Positions 47,012 to 55,246 of a DNA stretch of 64,000 nucleotides are shown here, piece by piece; within the stretch, counting starts at the first letter, position 1; every line of letters begins with the position of its first letter. Source of the DNA: a virus; the IMG/VR virus record IMGVR_UViG_3300045988_080466; one strand, written 5' to 3'. The position numbers and the translations under genes are program-made. The notes beneath the pieces are model-generated. The model worked only from the letters and a program-made list of their open reading frames with translations. It had not been told where the DNA came from and searched no databases.

Positions 47012-47928
47012 AATTCAATTATTTTAATTGGATTTAAGTTAAATGAACTTGGGGTTATTTGTACTTTATCTTTTGTAAGAATCACGTTCTTACTTAAAGA
47101 TTCGGGTGGATAAAGATAAGTAGGAATCTTAGAAGTTTCCAGATACTTAGAGAAATGGGCTCCGAAAGCAATGTTTTCCATACCTTCTGTGAGTACTTTC
47201 TCTTCAAGATACTCGAATACTCCCTCATCAATTCCACTATCACTACGTCCAGAAGGCATCAACGGCAACAGAACATGATATTTTACATCACTTCCATAGC
47301 GTTTCCATTCATTAACAAAATAGTCAACGGATTCCTTGTTGGAAATAATATGGTGAATATTTACATTTGTGTCACCCATCGTAATGAGATTGCAAATAGC
47401 CATATCAGCATATTTACGCAACTCTCTATTTCCTAAACTTACAGCAACTCCGCCTACGAAGTTACGAGTATATTCAAGCAACTCTCGATTAGTAGCTTTA
47501 GACAATGTAATGCCATTAGTAGTATAATTAGGAACTACTCCTGTATTATACACTGTCTCTAAGAACTTACAGAAGTCTGGATGAATAGTAGGCTCACCAG
47601 TAGAACCGATAGCAATTTGAAATGGCTTATCGGTAATAGTAACGTGATTTGCCTTTTCTTCTTTATAAAGACTCATCCACTTTACCCATGTTTCGCATAT
47701 ATCAGGATAGTTAATTCCTTTATGTGAAGCACTTACGTAACAGAATGGACATTCTGCATTACAAAGAGTGTTAATACCCACATCGTAGAACTCTGCTTTA
47801 TCAGCCGGAAGTTCTTTTGCAACTCCTTCACCAAGTCTAATAGTCTTTAAATTTGGAGACCAAATTGCATTATAATTGTAGTCTGGAAACACTCTTCTTT
47901 TTAAACCCCAATGGTTAAAATCTTTCAT
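47008..47928 (-). CDS. radical SAM enzyme (function unknown)
   Basis: NTLCNAECPFCY (CxxxCxxC) and the GSTGEPT SAM-binding-type motif. No C-terminal Cys cluster. Confidence 0.75.
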   Translation of the reverse strand: MKDFNHWGLKRRVFPDYNYNAIWSPNLKTIRLGEGVAKELPADKAEFYDVGINTLCNAECPFCYVSASHKGINYPDICETWVKWMSLYKEEKANHVTITDKPFQIAIGSTGEPTIHPDFCKFLETVYNTGVVPNYTTNGITLSKATNRELLEYTRNFVGGVAVSLGNRELRKYADMAICNLITMGDTNVNIHHIISNKESVDYFVNEWKRYGSDVKYHVLLPLMPSGRSDSGIDEGVFEYLEEKVLTEGMENIAFGAHFSKYLETSKIPTYLYPPESLSKNVILTKDKVQITPSSFNLNPIKIIEL

Positions 47929-47945
47929 CTTTTAATTGTTTTTTT

Positions 47946-48470
47946 TTAGTTTCTTTCGTTTTCTGGAAGTTCTTTCCATTCAGAATAAGATACAACTTCT
48001 ATCACTCTTTTGGTTTCTGGGTCAATGCGACAATAACTGTCACAAGTTACCACTTCAAGGTTATTAAGTAACCAATTGATTGTGGCTCTTCTGCTGTGGT
48101 CTATATCAACCCACACGAATTTTTCCAACTCTTCAAGAGATTCTTTAAATTGTAAAGAGAAGACTTCCTTGGTGAATAAATCCCGCTTGTTTTCAGGTAT
48201 ATATTCATTCTTATCTTCGTTGTAATAATCATCAAAAGTCTTTATCTCCAATTCCCCGCCCATACCGGATGAAGAATCGTACTTGGCTCTTTCTTCGTCA
48301 GATAGTTTCTCCCACTCATCCCAATCGCCATCAAAATAGTTCTTGTTTGCAACTTGCTCAATTAGATTTACTAAATCATTGACTGGAGTAGTTGCCTTAA
48401 CTACGAATACCTCTGAACTAGAGTTCGTAATAATGTCTGAAACAGACTGTAATTTAATTCCTAATCGCAT
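47946..48470 (-). CDS. ITNSSSE-motif family protein, paralogue 4 (174 aa)
   Basis: N-terminus MRLGIKLQSVSDIITNSSSEVFVV is shared with three upstream ORFs. Acidic, divergent remainder. Confidence 0.6.
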   Translation of the reverse strand: MRLGIKLQSVSDIITNSSSEVFVVKATTPVNDLVNLIEQVANKNYFDGDWDEWEKLSDEERAKYDSSSGMGGELEIKTFDDYYNEDKNEYIPENKRDLFTKEVFSLQFKESLEELEKFVWVDIDHSRRATINWLLNNLEVVTCDSYCRIDPETKRVIEVVSYSEWKELPENERN

Positions 48471-48802
48471 CTTTCTACTGTATAATTTTCTTCTCCGAAC
48501 TTATCTTTGAGAATAGCCTTAACTCCTACTTCAAAGAATGTATCACATTCTATTCCATAAGGAAGACTTAATTCACAGACAAATCCTTCAAATCCTTCTT
48601 CATTCTCATGATAATATTCAGTCTCGTCACTAATAACAGGACTTAGTTCCCAGTCATGAGAAGGGAAAAGGTCCTTTAGCGCGTTATATATTTCATCATG
48701 CAGGACTTTGTCCTTAGTATCTACTCTAAGAAATGTTTCAGAACTTGAATTTGTAATGAGGTCGGAAATTGATTGAATTTTAAGTGTAATTTTTAATTTC
48801 AT
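48461..48802 (-). CDS. ITNSSSE-motif family protein, paralogue 3 (113 aa)
   Basis: N-terminus MKLKITLKIQSISDLITNSSSETFL. Confidence 0.6.
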   Translation of the reverse strand: MKLKITLKIQSISDLITNSSSETFLRVDTKDKVLHDEIYNALKDLFPSHDWELSPVISDETEYYHENEEGFEGFVCELSLPYGIECDTFFEVGVKAILKDKFGEENYTVERCD

Positions 48803-48969
48803 ACTCTAATCTTTTTGAATTTACCACATTTTTTACATAAAAAAGTGATTTCTACCCAAGTGGGACATTTATCAGTCCCGCTCCAGTATAATTCACTCTG
48901 TTTTACTTGTTCCCATTCGTGGCAGCATAGGAATTTCTTTTTAAACGCTTCTACTAAGTCTTTAAACAT
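48799..48969 (-). CDS. small Cys-rich (zinc-ribbon-like) protein
   Basis: FLCCHEW ... CKKCGKF. Start moved to ATG 48969, just after the upstream TGA. Confidence 0.45.
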   Translation of the reverse strand: MFKDLVEAFKKKFLCCHEWEQVKQSELYWSGTDKCPTWVEITFLCKKCGKFKKIRV

Positions 48970-48970
48970 A

Positions 48971-49510
48971 TCAATAACGATAGTCAGCACTGTATAGAGT
49001 ATCTAAAGAGTTCAGAGCTTTGGCAGCCATTTCAGCGTCCTCATTGTCTAATCCGTCCTTAACTCTAATGTTCAATTCTTCAAGAGCTGGGAAAGAGTCC
49101 CAGGCACCGTCATTTTGTTCTATACAGTATTCTTCGTATGTCTGTGCTCCATTTTCAATTGCAACTCTTTTTACTTCATCAAAAATATATTCAAGTGCTT
49201 TAGACTTACTTTCACTCCAATCTCCTGCATCCCAGCCGTCAGAGTAAATTTTTTCAAGAGATTTAGCATAATCATTATCCCCGTCCTTGATATAATTTTT
49301 GATGTAGTCATAGTATGCGTCCTCCCATCTATCATCGAACTTAGTGTCGAATACAAATAGGTCAGAGAACATAAGAGTACTTCCTACCGATGCAAGTAAA
49401 GAATCCACAATATTCCTGATAATACATTCTGCATTGTCATTCAATACTGTAAATGTTTCAGTGGAACTGTTAGTAATTAAATCTGTAATAGATTGAATTT
49501 TGATTTTCAT
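48971..49510 (-). CDS. ITNSSSE-motif family protein, paralogue 2 (179 aa)
   Basis: N-terminus MKIKIQSITDLITNSSTETFTV. Acidic, Trp/Tyr-rich remainder. Confidence 0.6.
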   Translation of the reverse strand: MKIKIQSITDLITNSSTETFTVLNDNAECIIRNIVDSLLASVGSTLMFSDLFVFDTKFDDRWEDAYYDYIKNYIKDGDNDYAKSLEKIYSDGWDAGDWSESKSKALEYIFDEVKRVAIENGAQTYEEYCIEQNDGAWDSFPALEELNIRVKDGLDNEDAEMAAKALNSLDTLYSADYRY

Positions 49511-49511
49511 T

Positions 49512-49844
49512 TTATCCTAAATGATAACGGTTAATATTTGAATAATCTAGACTTTCTATAAACTCCATTACCCATCCCGGTATGCTGTTATCTGTTACTG
49601 ACTCGATGACTAAGTCTCCTCTTTTTATTTTAATGTGTCTGTAAAAATCATAGGTCATATCATTTGATGCTACCCAAGTTTTGTATAATTCGCTCGGAAC
49701 TAATCCGGCAGCGGTTACTACTTTATCAATCAATTCTTCTATTTCCTGATTTTTACTTTTTTGATTGTGAACTACAAACAACTCACTCGAGCTATTTGTT
49801 ATCACATCTGATATTGACTGCGTCCTCAAGATTACTATCATCAT
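49512..49844 (-). CDS. ITNSSSE-motif family protein, paralogue 1 (110 aa)
   Basis: N-terminus MMIVILRTQSISDVITNSSSELFVV. Confidence 0.6.
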   Translation of the reverse strand: MMIVILRTQSISDVITNSSSELFVVHNQKSKNQEIEELIDKVVTAAGLVPSELYKTWVASNDMTYDFYRHIKIKRGDLVIESVTDNSIPGWVMEFIESLDYSNINRYHLG

Positions 49845-49968
49845 CTAAAAGTGTTTGTAAGTTATTAATTTCTCTTTGGTGATAGTCTATTTCGTCCTCT
49901 AAATCCATAATTATAAGATTATGTTCAAGGATTTGGCTCTCTATCACTTCTCTCTGTTCATTTGTCAT
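49792..49968 (-). CDS. small coiled-coil-like protein (58 aa, below ORF-track cutoff)
   Basis: Hand-translated MTNEQREVIESQILEHNLIIMDLEDEIDYHQREINNLQTLLDDDSNLEDAVNIRCDNK. Overlaps paralogue 1 by 53 nt. Confidence 0.3.
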   Translation of the reverse strand: MTNEQREVIESQILEHNLIIMDLEDEIDYHQREINNLQTLLDDDSNLEDAVNIRCDNK

Positions 49969-49971
49969 AAC

Positions 49972-50003
49972 AATAAAAAAGGCGACTATTGTTTAGTCGC
50001 CTT
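49972..50003 (-). terminator. rho-independent terminator
   Basis: Perfect 10-bp inverted repeat AAGGCGACTA / TAGTCGCCTT (49979-50003) with a 5-nt loop, followed on the minus strand by TTTTTATT. The stem contains the last codons and stop of the upstream gene. Confidence 0.7.
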
Positions 50004-50381
50004 AATTAGTTCATAGAAATATTCTTTTGTCATAATGACATATTCTCCAATAGAGCCCATGTTGACTTCCTTATTTACCTGATAGTTATGAAATACTACC
50101 AATGGTCTGTCTTTACGAGGGCATCCGGGAATAATGTCTTGATACGAGGGCTTATTCTTAGTACATTTGCATTGCACATAGAATGGTAACGTGTTTGGAA
50201 TTGTCTCTGCTATATCTATTTTATCAGCATCAAGGTTTTTCGATTCAGAACGAGAGGACTTCAATCCTTCAAATCCAAGTGCAGTTAATTCCTTGATAAT
50301 CTTTAACTCATAATTGTTACCCTTCCTCTTTGCATACGCTCCTGTGTGTTTCTTCTTTGGTTTCTCTTGTTCTTCTGCCAT
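49986..50381 (-). CDS. PD-(D/E)XK-type endonuclease, Holliday-junction-resolvase-like
   Basis: GNNYELKIIKELTALGF ... SRSES ... DKIDIA ... FYVQCKC fits the Hjc-like E / D / (E/Q)xK layout. Overlaps the primase ORF by 65 nt. Confidence 0.4.
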   Translation of the reverse strand: MAEEQEKPKKKHTGAYAKRKGNNYELKIIKELTALGFEGLKSSRSESKNLDADKIDIAETIPNTLPFYVQCKCTKNKPSYQDIIPGCPRKDRPLVVFHNYQVNKEVNMGSIGEYVIMTKEYFYELIKATKQ

Positions 50382-51366
50382 AATAATTTACTCCTTCTTG
50401 GATTAGTTCCAAGGTCTTTTTGTGTCCATACTTTTTGTGAAAATCTGAAATATCCTTAGCACCATAGCTACGAGGTATCATAAGACAGATTAAACCAGTG
50501 TCTTTTCTAATTTTTTTCATATTAGAAACACCGGCTAAATCATTATCATATAATACACATATGTGCTCAAATCTACTTTTCAATTCATCAAAAAGAGTTT
50601 GCGGAATAAATAAATTCTCAGAGTTAGGTGCTATGGCAGGTATTCCACACGAATAAAAAGTCATTACGTCTTTCAGAGACTTAGTAATAACCAGAACTTT
50701 ACCCTTTTTAGGTAACTGGTCTAGTCCCTGTATCATTTTAGCAGACCAATTAGAAAGGAATCTATACGACTTTCGTTTAGGAAAATAAATTCTCCATAAT
50801 TCTAGTCCATCCTTTTTACCTTTATAATAACCATAAATGGGACTTTGTTCGTTGGAAGAAGCAAAATAATTTCCATTTAAAAAAATGGATTTACAAGAAT
50901 ATACCCTAAACTTTTTCAGTATAGGGGGCGTGATACCATAAGAAGCCCACCACTCAAGCTCTTTTTGAGAGAAATCTTGCATCTCAATTTGAATACTGGC
51001 TGGCCCAGTTTCCTCAAATTTCTCAGCTCGTTCATTAATTTTGCCTTTGTTCTTTTTAAGATGTGGGGAAGATATTAGTCCGAAATCATTGGCGATAATT
51101 TTCAAGGCCTGATGATAAGTACAACTAAATTTCCGCATTACAACGCTAATGAAGTTTCCGTAGAAATCTCCCTTAAAGTCATTAAAGATAACATCGCCCG
51201 ATTTATTCACATAAAATGAACAAGTTGGGTGGTCATCAATCCTTAGAGGTGATTTAAATAATCCCTTCTTTACAGGAATACCCAAATAGTATTCCATGTA
51301 AGTTTCTTGGGAGTATTTAGATAACAAATAGTCTTTTGTGATTGTAGGTTCAATCGTGAATTGCAT
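50317..51366 (-). CDS. DnaG-like DNA primase (degenerate zinc finger, TOPRIM-like core)
   Basis: DDHPTCSFYVNKSGDVIFNDFKGDFYGNFISV parallels the DnaG CPFH..K.PSF.V...CFGCG region but lacks most Cys. VLYDNDLAG matches the TOPRIM DxD; the TOPRIM Glu position reads TKS. Confidence 0.55.
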   Translation of the reverse strand: MQFTIEPTITKDYLLSKYSQETYMEYYLGIPVKKGLFKSPLRIDDHPTCSFYVNKSGDVIFNDFKGDFYGNFISVVMRKFSCTYHQALKIIANDFGLISSPHLKKNKGKINERAEKFEETGPASIQIEMQDFSQKELEWWASYGITPPILKKFRVYSCKSIFLNGNYFASSNEQSPIYGYYKGKKDGLELWRIYFPKRKSYRFLSNWSAKMIQGLDQLPKKGKVLVITKSLKDVMTFYSCGIPAIAPNSENLFIPQTLFDELKSRFEHICVLYDNDLAGVSNMKKIRKDTGLICLMIPRSYGAKDISDFHKKYGHKKTLELIQEGVNYYGRRTRETKEETHRSVCKEEG

Positions 51367-51391
51367 ATTAACATACTATTTTATTGAACCA

Positions 51392-51423
51392 CAAAGATAA
51401 CAGTTTTAAATCTCAATTCCAAA
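51392..51423 (-). promoter_or_regulatory. Bacteroides-type promoter upstream of primase
   Basis: Minus strand TTTG - 20 nt - TATCTTTG, 25 nt upstream of ATG 51366. Confidence 0.55.
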
Positions 51424-51465
51424 TAACTCTTAATGAGATTAGTAAGAGCTAAGGGATATTAGCTT

Positions 51466-52164
51466 TTACTTCAAAGAGTTAAAGTCAATAGCATCGACAG
51501 ATGCAGTATCAGAGGCTGCGTCAGCTGCACTATTCTTTTTCTCAATAGCATCAACGTCAGTCGGCTTCTTAGCCTTTAAATCTTCTTTTCTCTTTAAATC
51601 ATATTCAGTAAAGAATAAATTTTCTCCAATGAAGTTATCAGAAACGAATACTTCACCTTGTTTGTTAAGAGCCAAGAAATAAGGAAGACGAGGTACGAAA
51701 TTTCCGTCTTTGTCTGTTGCCCCTATAAGTTTCAAGTTAGTCTCTGTACCAAATTTTGGTTTAAGGATGTTGATGAAATTTTCACAAAGTTCACCGAATG
51801 TCTTAAAGGGAATACCCTTTAGTCTTTCGAACTCTTTCGGAGCTATCACAGTTCCTAATTGAGCAATAAAGGACATTGTTCTTTCAAAGTTGCTAGGGCT
51901 TTCAACTTCGTGTCCTTCTTTGTTTTGGCGAGTTGGTCTCTTGTCGTCTCCTTCTTTTGGGAAGAAGATGCTTTCTTCATAGTAACCGTCGTTGTTCTCA
52001 AATCTCACTTTCAAAATTTCATATACAGCATCAGGGTCTTTCTTTCCCTTTAATGTCTCTACCTTAACGTCCGCGAGCTTAACTCTGTGAATCTCATAAG
52101 GTTTCAATCTTGGTTTAGATGTTGATACTGCGGGTGCTGCTGAAAGGTTAAAATTTAATTCCAT
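51466..52164 (-). CDS. hypothetical protein, possible ssDNA-binding protein (DUF669-like)
   Basis: Inferred from position next to the Sak4-like ATPase and primase, plus an acidic C-terminal tail (DTASVDAIDFNSLK). No strict motif. Confidence 0.3.
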   Translation of the reverse strand: MELNFNLSAAPAVSTSKPRLKPYEIHRVKLADVKVETLKGKKDPDAVYEILKVRFENNDGYYEESIFFPKEGDDKRPTRQNKEGHEVESPSNFERTMSFIAQLGTVIAPKEFERLKGIPFKTFGELCENFINILKPKFGTETNLKLIGATDKDGNFVPRLPYFLALNKQGEVFVSDNFIGENLFFTEYDLKRKEDLKAKKPTDVDAIEKKNSAADAASDTASVDAIDFNSLK

Positions 52165-52172
52165 ATTGTAGA

Positions 52173-52796
52173 TTATTTTAATGTAAAGTCGAATTTTGTT
52201 ATAGTATCTTCTTCTACTGAATCATCTTGTACCATATTTGCAAGTTGAATATCCAATGGAATATCCTCACTTGGCTCTTCATCTACTTCATTTACATCAA
52301 TCTTATCATCTACTACTTCTGATTCCTCTGGCATACTGTCCCCTATAAGCATGAATAGTCCATCCTTATGTGCATGGGGTATAAGTGTAAATTGGGAACC
52401 ATATTCACTAAGAGTTTCATTAGCTTTACCTCTACAACTTACAGTTAAAGAGTTAGTTAGCTTATTTCCTCCCTTAGTTCCAAATGCTTCATTAGAACCT
52501 ATCACAGGCTTTAGAAGCTTTCCGTGCTTTTCGTACTTAATATCGATTCTATCATCAGGACTAACACCAAGTGCTTCTGCAGCGGCTTCATTTAATATAT
52601 ATTTATTGTCTTCGAGAACAATTAAAGGTTCTTTGCTATCTGGAAGTGTAGACTTACCTTTACCCTTTTTAGGAGTTTCAGCTTTAGTCTTCTTTGCACC
52701 AGTTTCTCCTTCGTTCAAGATTTCGCGAGACACAGGAGTGTATTCCCCTGTCTCTGGGTCGAAATCGAACACAATCAGCATTTTAATCCTCACCAT
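52173..52796 (-). CDS. hypothetical protein
   Basis: Co-directional 207-aa ORF with an acidic C-terminus. Confidence 0.5.
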   Translation of the reverse strand: MVRIKMLIVFDFDPETGEYTPVSREILNEGETGAKKTKAETPKKGKGKSTLPDSKEPLIVLEDNKYILNEAAAEALGVSPDDRIDIKYEKHGKLLKPVIGSNEAFGTKGGNKLTNSLTVSCRGKANETLSEYGSQFTLIPHAHKDGLFMLIGDSMPEESEVVDDKIDVNEVDEEPSEDIPLDIQLANMVQDDSVEEDTITKFDFTLK

Positions 52797-53481
52797 TATA
52801 TTCCTTAATACGTTGAATTACCATGTTCAAATCATTATCTATCAATAGTTCATCAAACAATCCCATTGGAGACTTAGCAGTGCAAGTTCCGTCCGAGTTA
52901 GTCTTGAACATATAACGAGGTTTATTTTCTTCATCCTTCTCGATTGTAGTGAAAAGTACATAAGTGAACAAACCTTCTAGAGTAATAACTGAATCCAACA
53001 TCTTACCAAGAGTTTTAATCTTTAGATATTGGTTAACTCTATCCCCAATATTCTCACTATGAGTAGATACTACAATATACAAATCATCACGAAGATTCAT
53101 TGCATTTTTCAGCACTGAATAAGCATGTTGTGCCATTTCAGTAAACTTCTCATATCCCTTCTCTTTAGCTCTATCCATAGCTTCAAACGCCATGAAATAC
53201 TGGAAGTCATCAATAATAACGTATTTAATCCACGCCATTTTGCTATTGATTAGTTTCAACATAGTTGCCACATTATCAACGCTAGTTGTTGTGTAGAAGT
53301 TACCCAACTCTTCTGGTGTTTTACCAGCTGTGTTTAAGTTACGATACTTCTTTTTTGCACCAGGAATACCCGGTCTTTTACCTGTTGTTGTGATGATAAA
53401 AGTTTCTTCTGGATTTAAATTTCTGATTGAAGTAGTCTTTCCAGAACCAGACTCTCCGCAAATACAAATCATTTCTGCCAT
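52783..53481 (-). CDS. P-loop ATPase (AAA_24 / Sak4-like)
   Basis: CGESGSGKTT (Walker A) and YVIIDDFQYF (Walker B). About 230 aa, adjacent to the helicase. Confidence 0.6.
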   Translation of the reverse strand: MAEMICICGESGSGKTTSIRNLNPEETFIITTTGKRPGIPGAKKKYRNLNTAGKTPEELGNFYTTTSVDNVATMLKLINSKMAWIKYVIIDDFQYFMAFEAMDRAKEKGYEKFTEMAQHAYSVLKNAMNLRDDLYIVVSTHSENIGDRVNQYLKIKTLGKMLDSVITLEGLFTYVLFTTIEKDEENKPRYMFKTNSDGTCTAKSPMGLFDELLIDNDLNMVIQRIKEYNGED

Positions 53482-54581
53482 TATAGTGTAATAGTTATTT
53501 GTAAAGGTTTATTTTCTTTGGCATCTATTTTCTTTGGCTGAATCTCTTCATACTTTTCCTTTACATAGTCGGAAGTTAAATACTTCCCGTAATCATAGAT
53601 TTCGTCAGATTTTGGCAACTCTTTCCAGAGTCCGCACTTTCCATAGAAAGCAGTTCCTACCTCTATATCCGACTCGCCATAACGATTCTTTAGAACAGTT
53701 ATGCTTCTAAATCTAGATTGTAATGTTTTTATGTCGTAACCCTTATATTTATTCAGTCTTTCTCTGAACGGATTGAATATAGAAATAATGATTTCACTAT
53801 CCTGAGCTGGAGAACCACTATCCTTTATATCTGAGATTTGCATATTATCAAATCCGGCTTTCTTTCTGTCCATTGAAGTAGAATCTCTATTCGCCTGCAT
53901 AATAACTAGCGGACTAATTCCACATCTATTTCTCAAAGTTACCAAATAAGATGAAATTAAATCCATTTCTTCCTTTAGACTTCTTCCTTGAGATTTACGA
54001 ACAAGACTCAAGTGGTCTATCACTACTAAATGAATCAGGTCTTCGTTGTCTGGCTCATAAATAGTTCTAGTTTCAGTCTCAATAAATTTACCTCTTCCCT
54101 CCAGTTCCTTCATTAGGGATGAATACAGAATCTCTGCATTTAAAGCCTTATCGTGAACTGTAATTACCTTTTCAACATCATGTAACCAAGGTAAAGATGC
54201 AAGAACTAAATTATAGTGCTCTTCGCTTAATGTATATCCCTTCTCTTTAGAAAGTAATTCTTTAGTAGATAATTCAACTCCATATTCCTCGAATATGTGC
54301 ATACATAGTAGTTTAGCAAAGAGTAACTCACTACTCATTTCCAAACTATAATATGTAACTTTGAAGTTGTCGTCATGTAAATGTTCAACCAGTGGTCTGT
54401 AAATGTAAGAATACAAAGCTAATGAGGTCTTACCAGAACCAGTTCCACTAAATAACAGAGTGTAAGTTCCCTTAGTTACTCCATCTATTATACTCTCCAA
54501 CTTGGGCATACCCATACTTAATCCCCAGTTCTTTCCACTTCTTCCTAATGTGATTTGATGTACTAACGAGTTTGTTATCAT
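53481..54581 (-). CDS. DnaB-like replicative helicase (RecA-type C-terminal domain)
   Basis: LLFSGTGSGKTS (Walker A), LVVIDHLSLV (Walker B), VIMQANRD. Confidence 0.7.
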   Translation of the reverse strand: MITNSLVHQITLGRSGKNWGLSMGMPKLESIIDGVTKGTYTLLFSGTGSGKTSLALYSYIYRPLVEHLHDDNFKVTYYSLEMSSELLFAKLLCMHIFEEYGVELSTKELLSKEKGYTLSEEHYNLVLASLPWLHDVEKVITVHDKALNAEILYSSLMKELEGRGKFIETETRTIYEPDNEDLIHLVVIDHLSLVRKSQGRSLKEEMDLISSYLVTLRNRCGISPLVIMQANRDSTSMDRKKAGFDNMQISDIKDSGSPAQDSEIIISIFNPFRERLNKYKGYDIKTLQSRFRSITVLKNRYGESDIEVGTAFYGKCGLWKELPKSDEIYDYGKYLTSDYVKEKYEEIQPKKIDAKENKPLQITITL

Positions 54582-55198
54582 AAAGACCTAATTGCTGAAA
54601 AGTTTATACCATCATAATCTCCACTCATTAATAATTCTATGTCTTTCCATTTTTGCGAAATGACAAACTCACAAATGCCGAAGTTTATAAAGCTAGTATT
54701 TTCAAGTGCCCAGTTTAAGCACTCCAACACATGCTCATGTTCGGCTGGATTATGTCTTATAGATTTACCATAAAATCGGAAGAAATCCTCAAGACTGTCA
54801 AATTTCTTAGCAATATTACGTAATCCATACGTAACTCCATTAATGTTAGTAAATGCAGGATATGCTTCAAACAGCTCTTTTCCCATTTCAAACGAAGCTC
54901 TATAAAAAGTCTTTAAGAAATTAACAGCAAAATCAACCTTTTCAGGATGAAACTGTTCTCCTTTATTGGGAATCTTATAAGACTTCAATATTACTCCCTT
55001 GTTCTGTAAAGAAACAAGTGTATCTCTCAAAGGACCTCTCATTTCTTCTGGAATTGCTAAAAATCTAAATACATATTCAGGGTTATATTCTTCTTTCGCA
55101 AAAAGTAAAATTCTAATTGTAAATAGCTCATTCGGAGAGATTTGATACTTCTCCAAAATTGCTAGCTCATTGTCTATTGTTAAACTTAATTTATCCAA
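54578..55198 (-). CDS. hypothetical protein (TTG start in ORF track)
   Basis: 206-aa ORF; the codon at 55198 is TTG and no in-frame ATG lies nearby. Confidence 0.45.
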   Translation of the reverse strand: MDKLSLTIDNELAILEKYQISPNELFTIRILLFAKEEYNPEYVFRFLAIPEEMRGPLRDTLVSLQNKGVILKSYKIPNKGEQFHPEKVDFAVNFLKTFYRASFEMGKELFEAYPAFTNINGVTYGLRNIAKKFDSLEDFFRFYGKSIRHNPAEHEHVLECLNWALENTSFINFGICEFVISQKWKDIELLMSGDYDGINFSAIRSL

Positions 55199-55246
55199 AC
55201 AGTTAAAAATTAAATAGTAAAATATTAATCTCTAACTGTAATCACT

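Noticed and set aside
47008-47928. Whether the second radical SAM enzyme is a viperin-like (prokaryotic viperin) or QueE-like enzyme.
   Set aside because: Beyond the CxxxCxxC cluster and a GxxGEP-type motif, I see no collinearity with the viperin or QueE sequences I can recall. It is left as function unknown.
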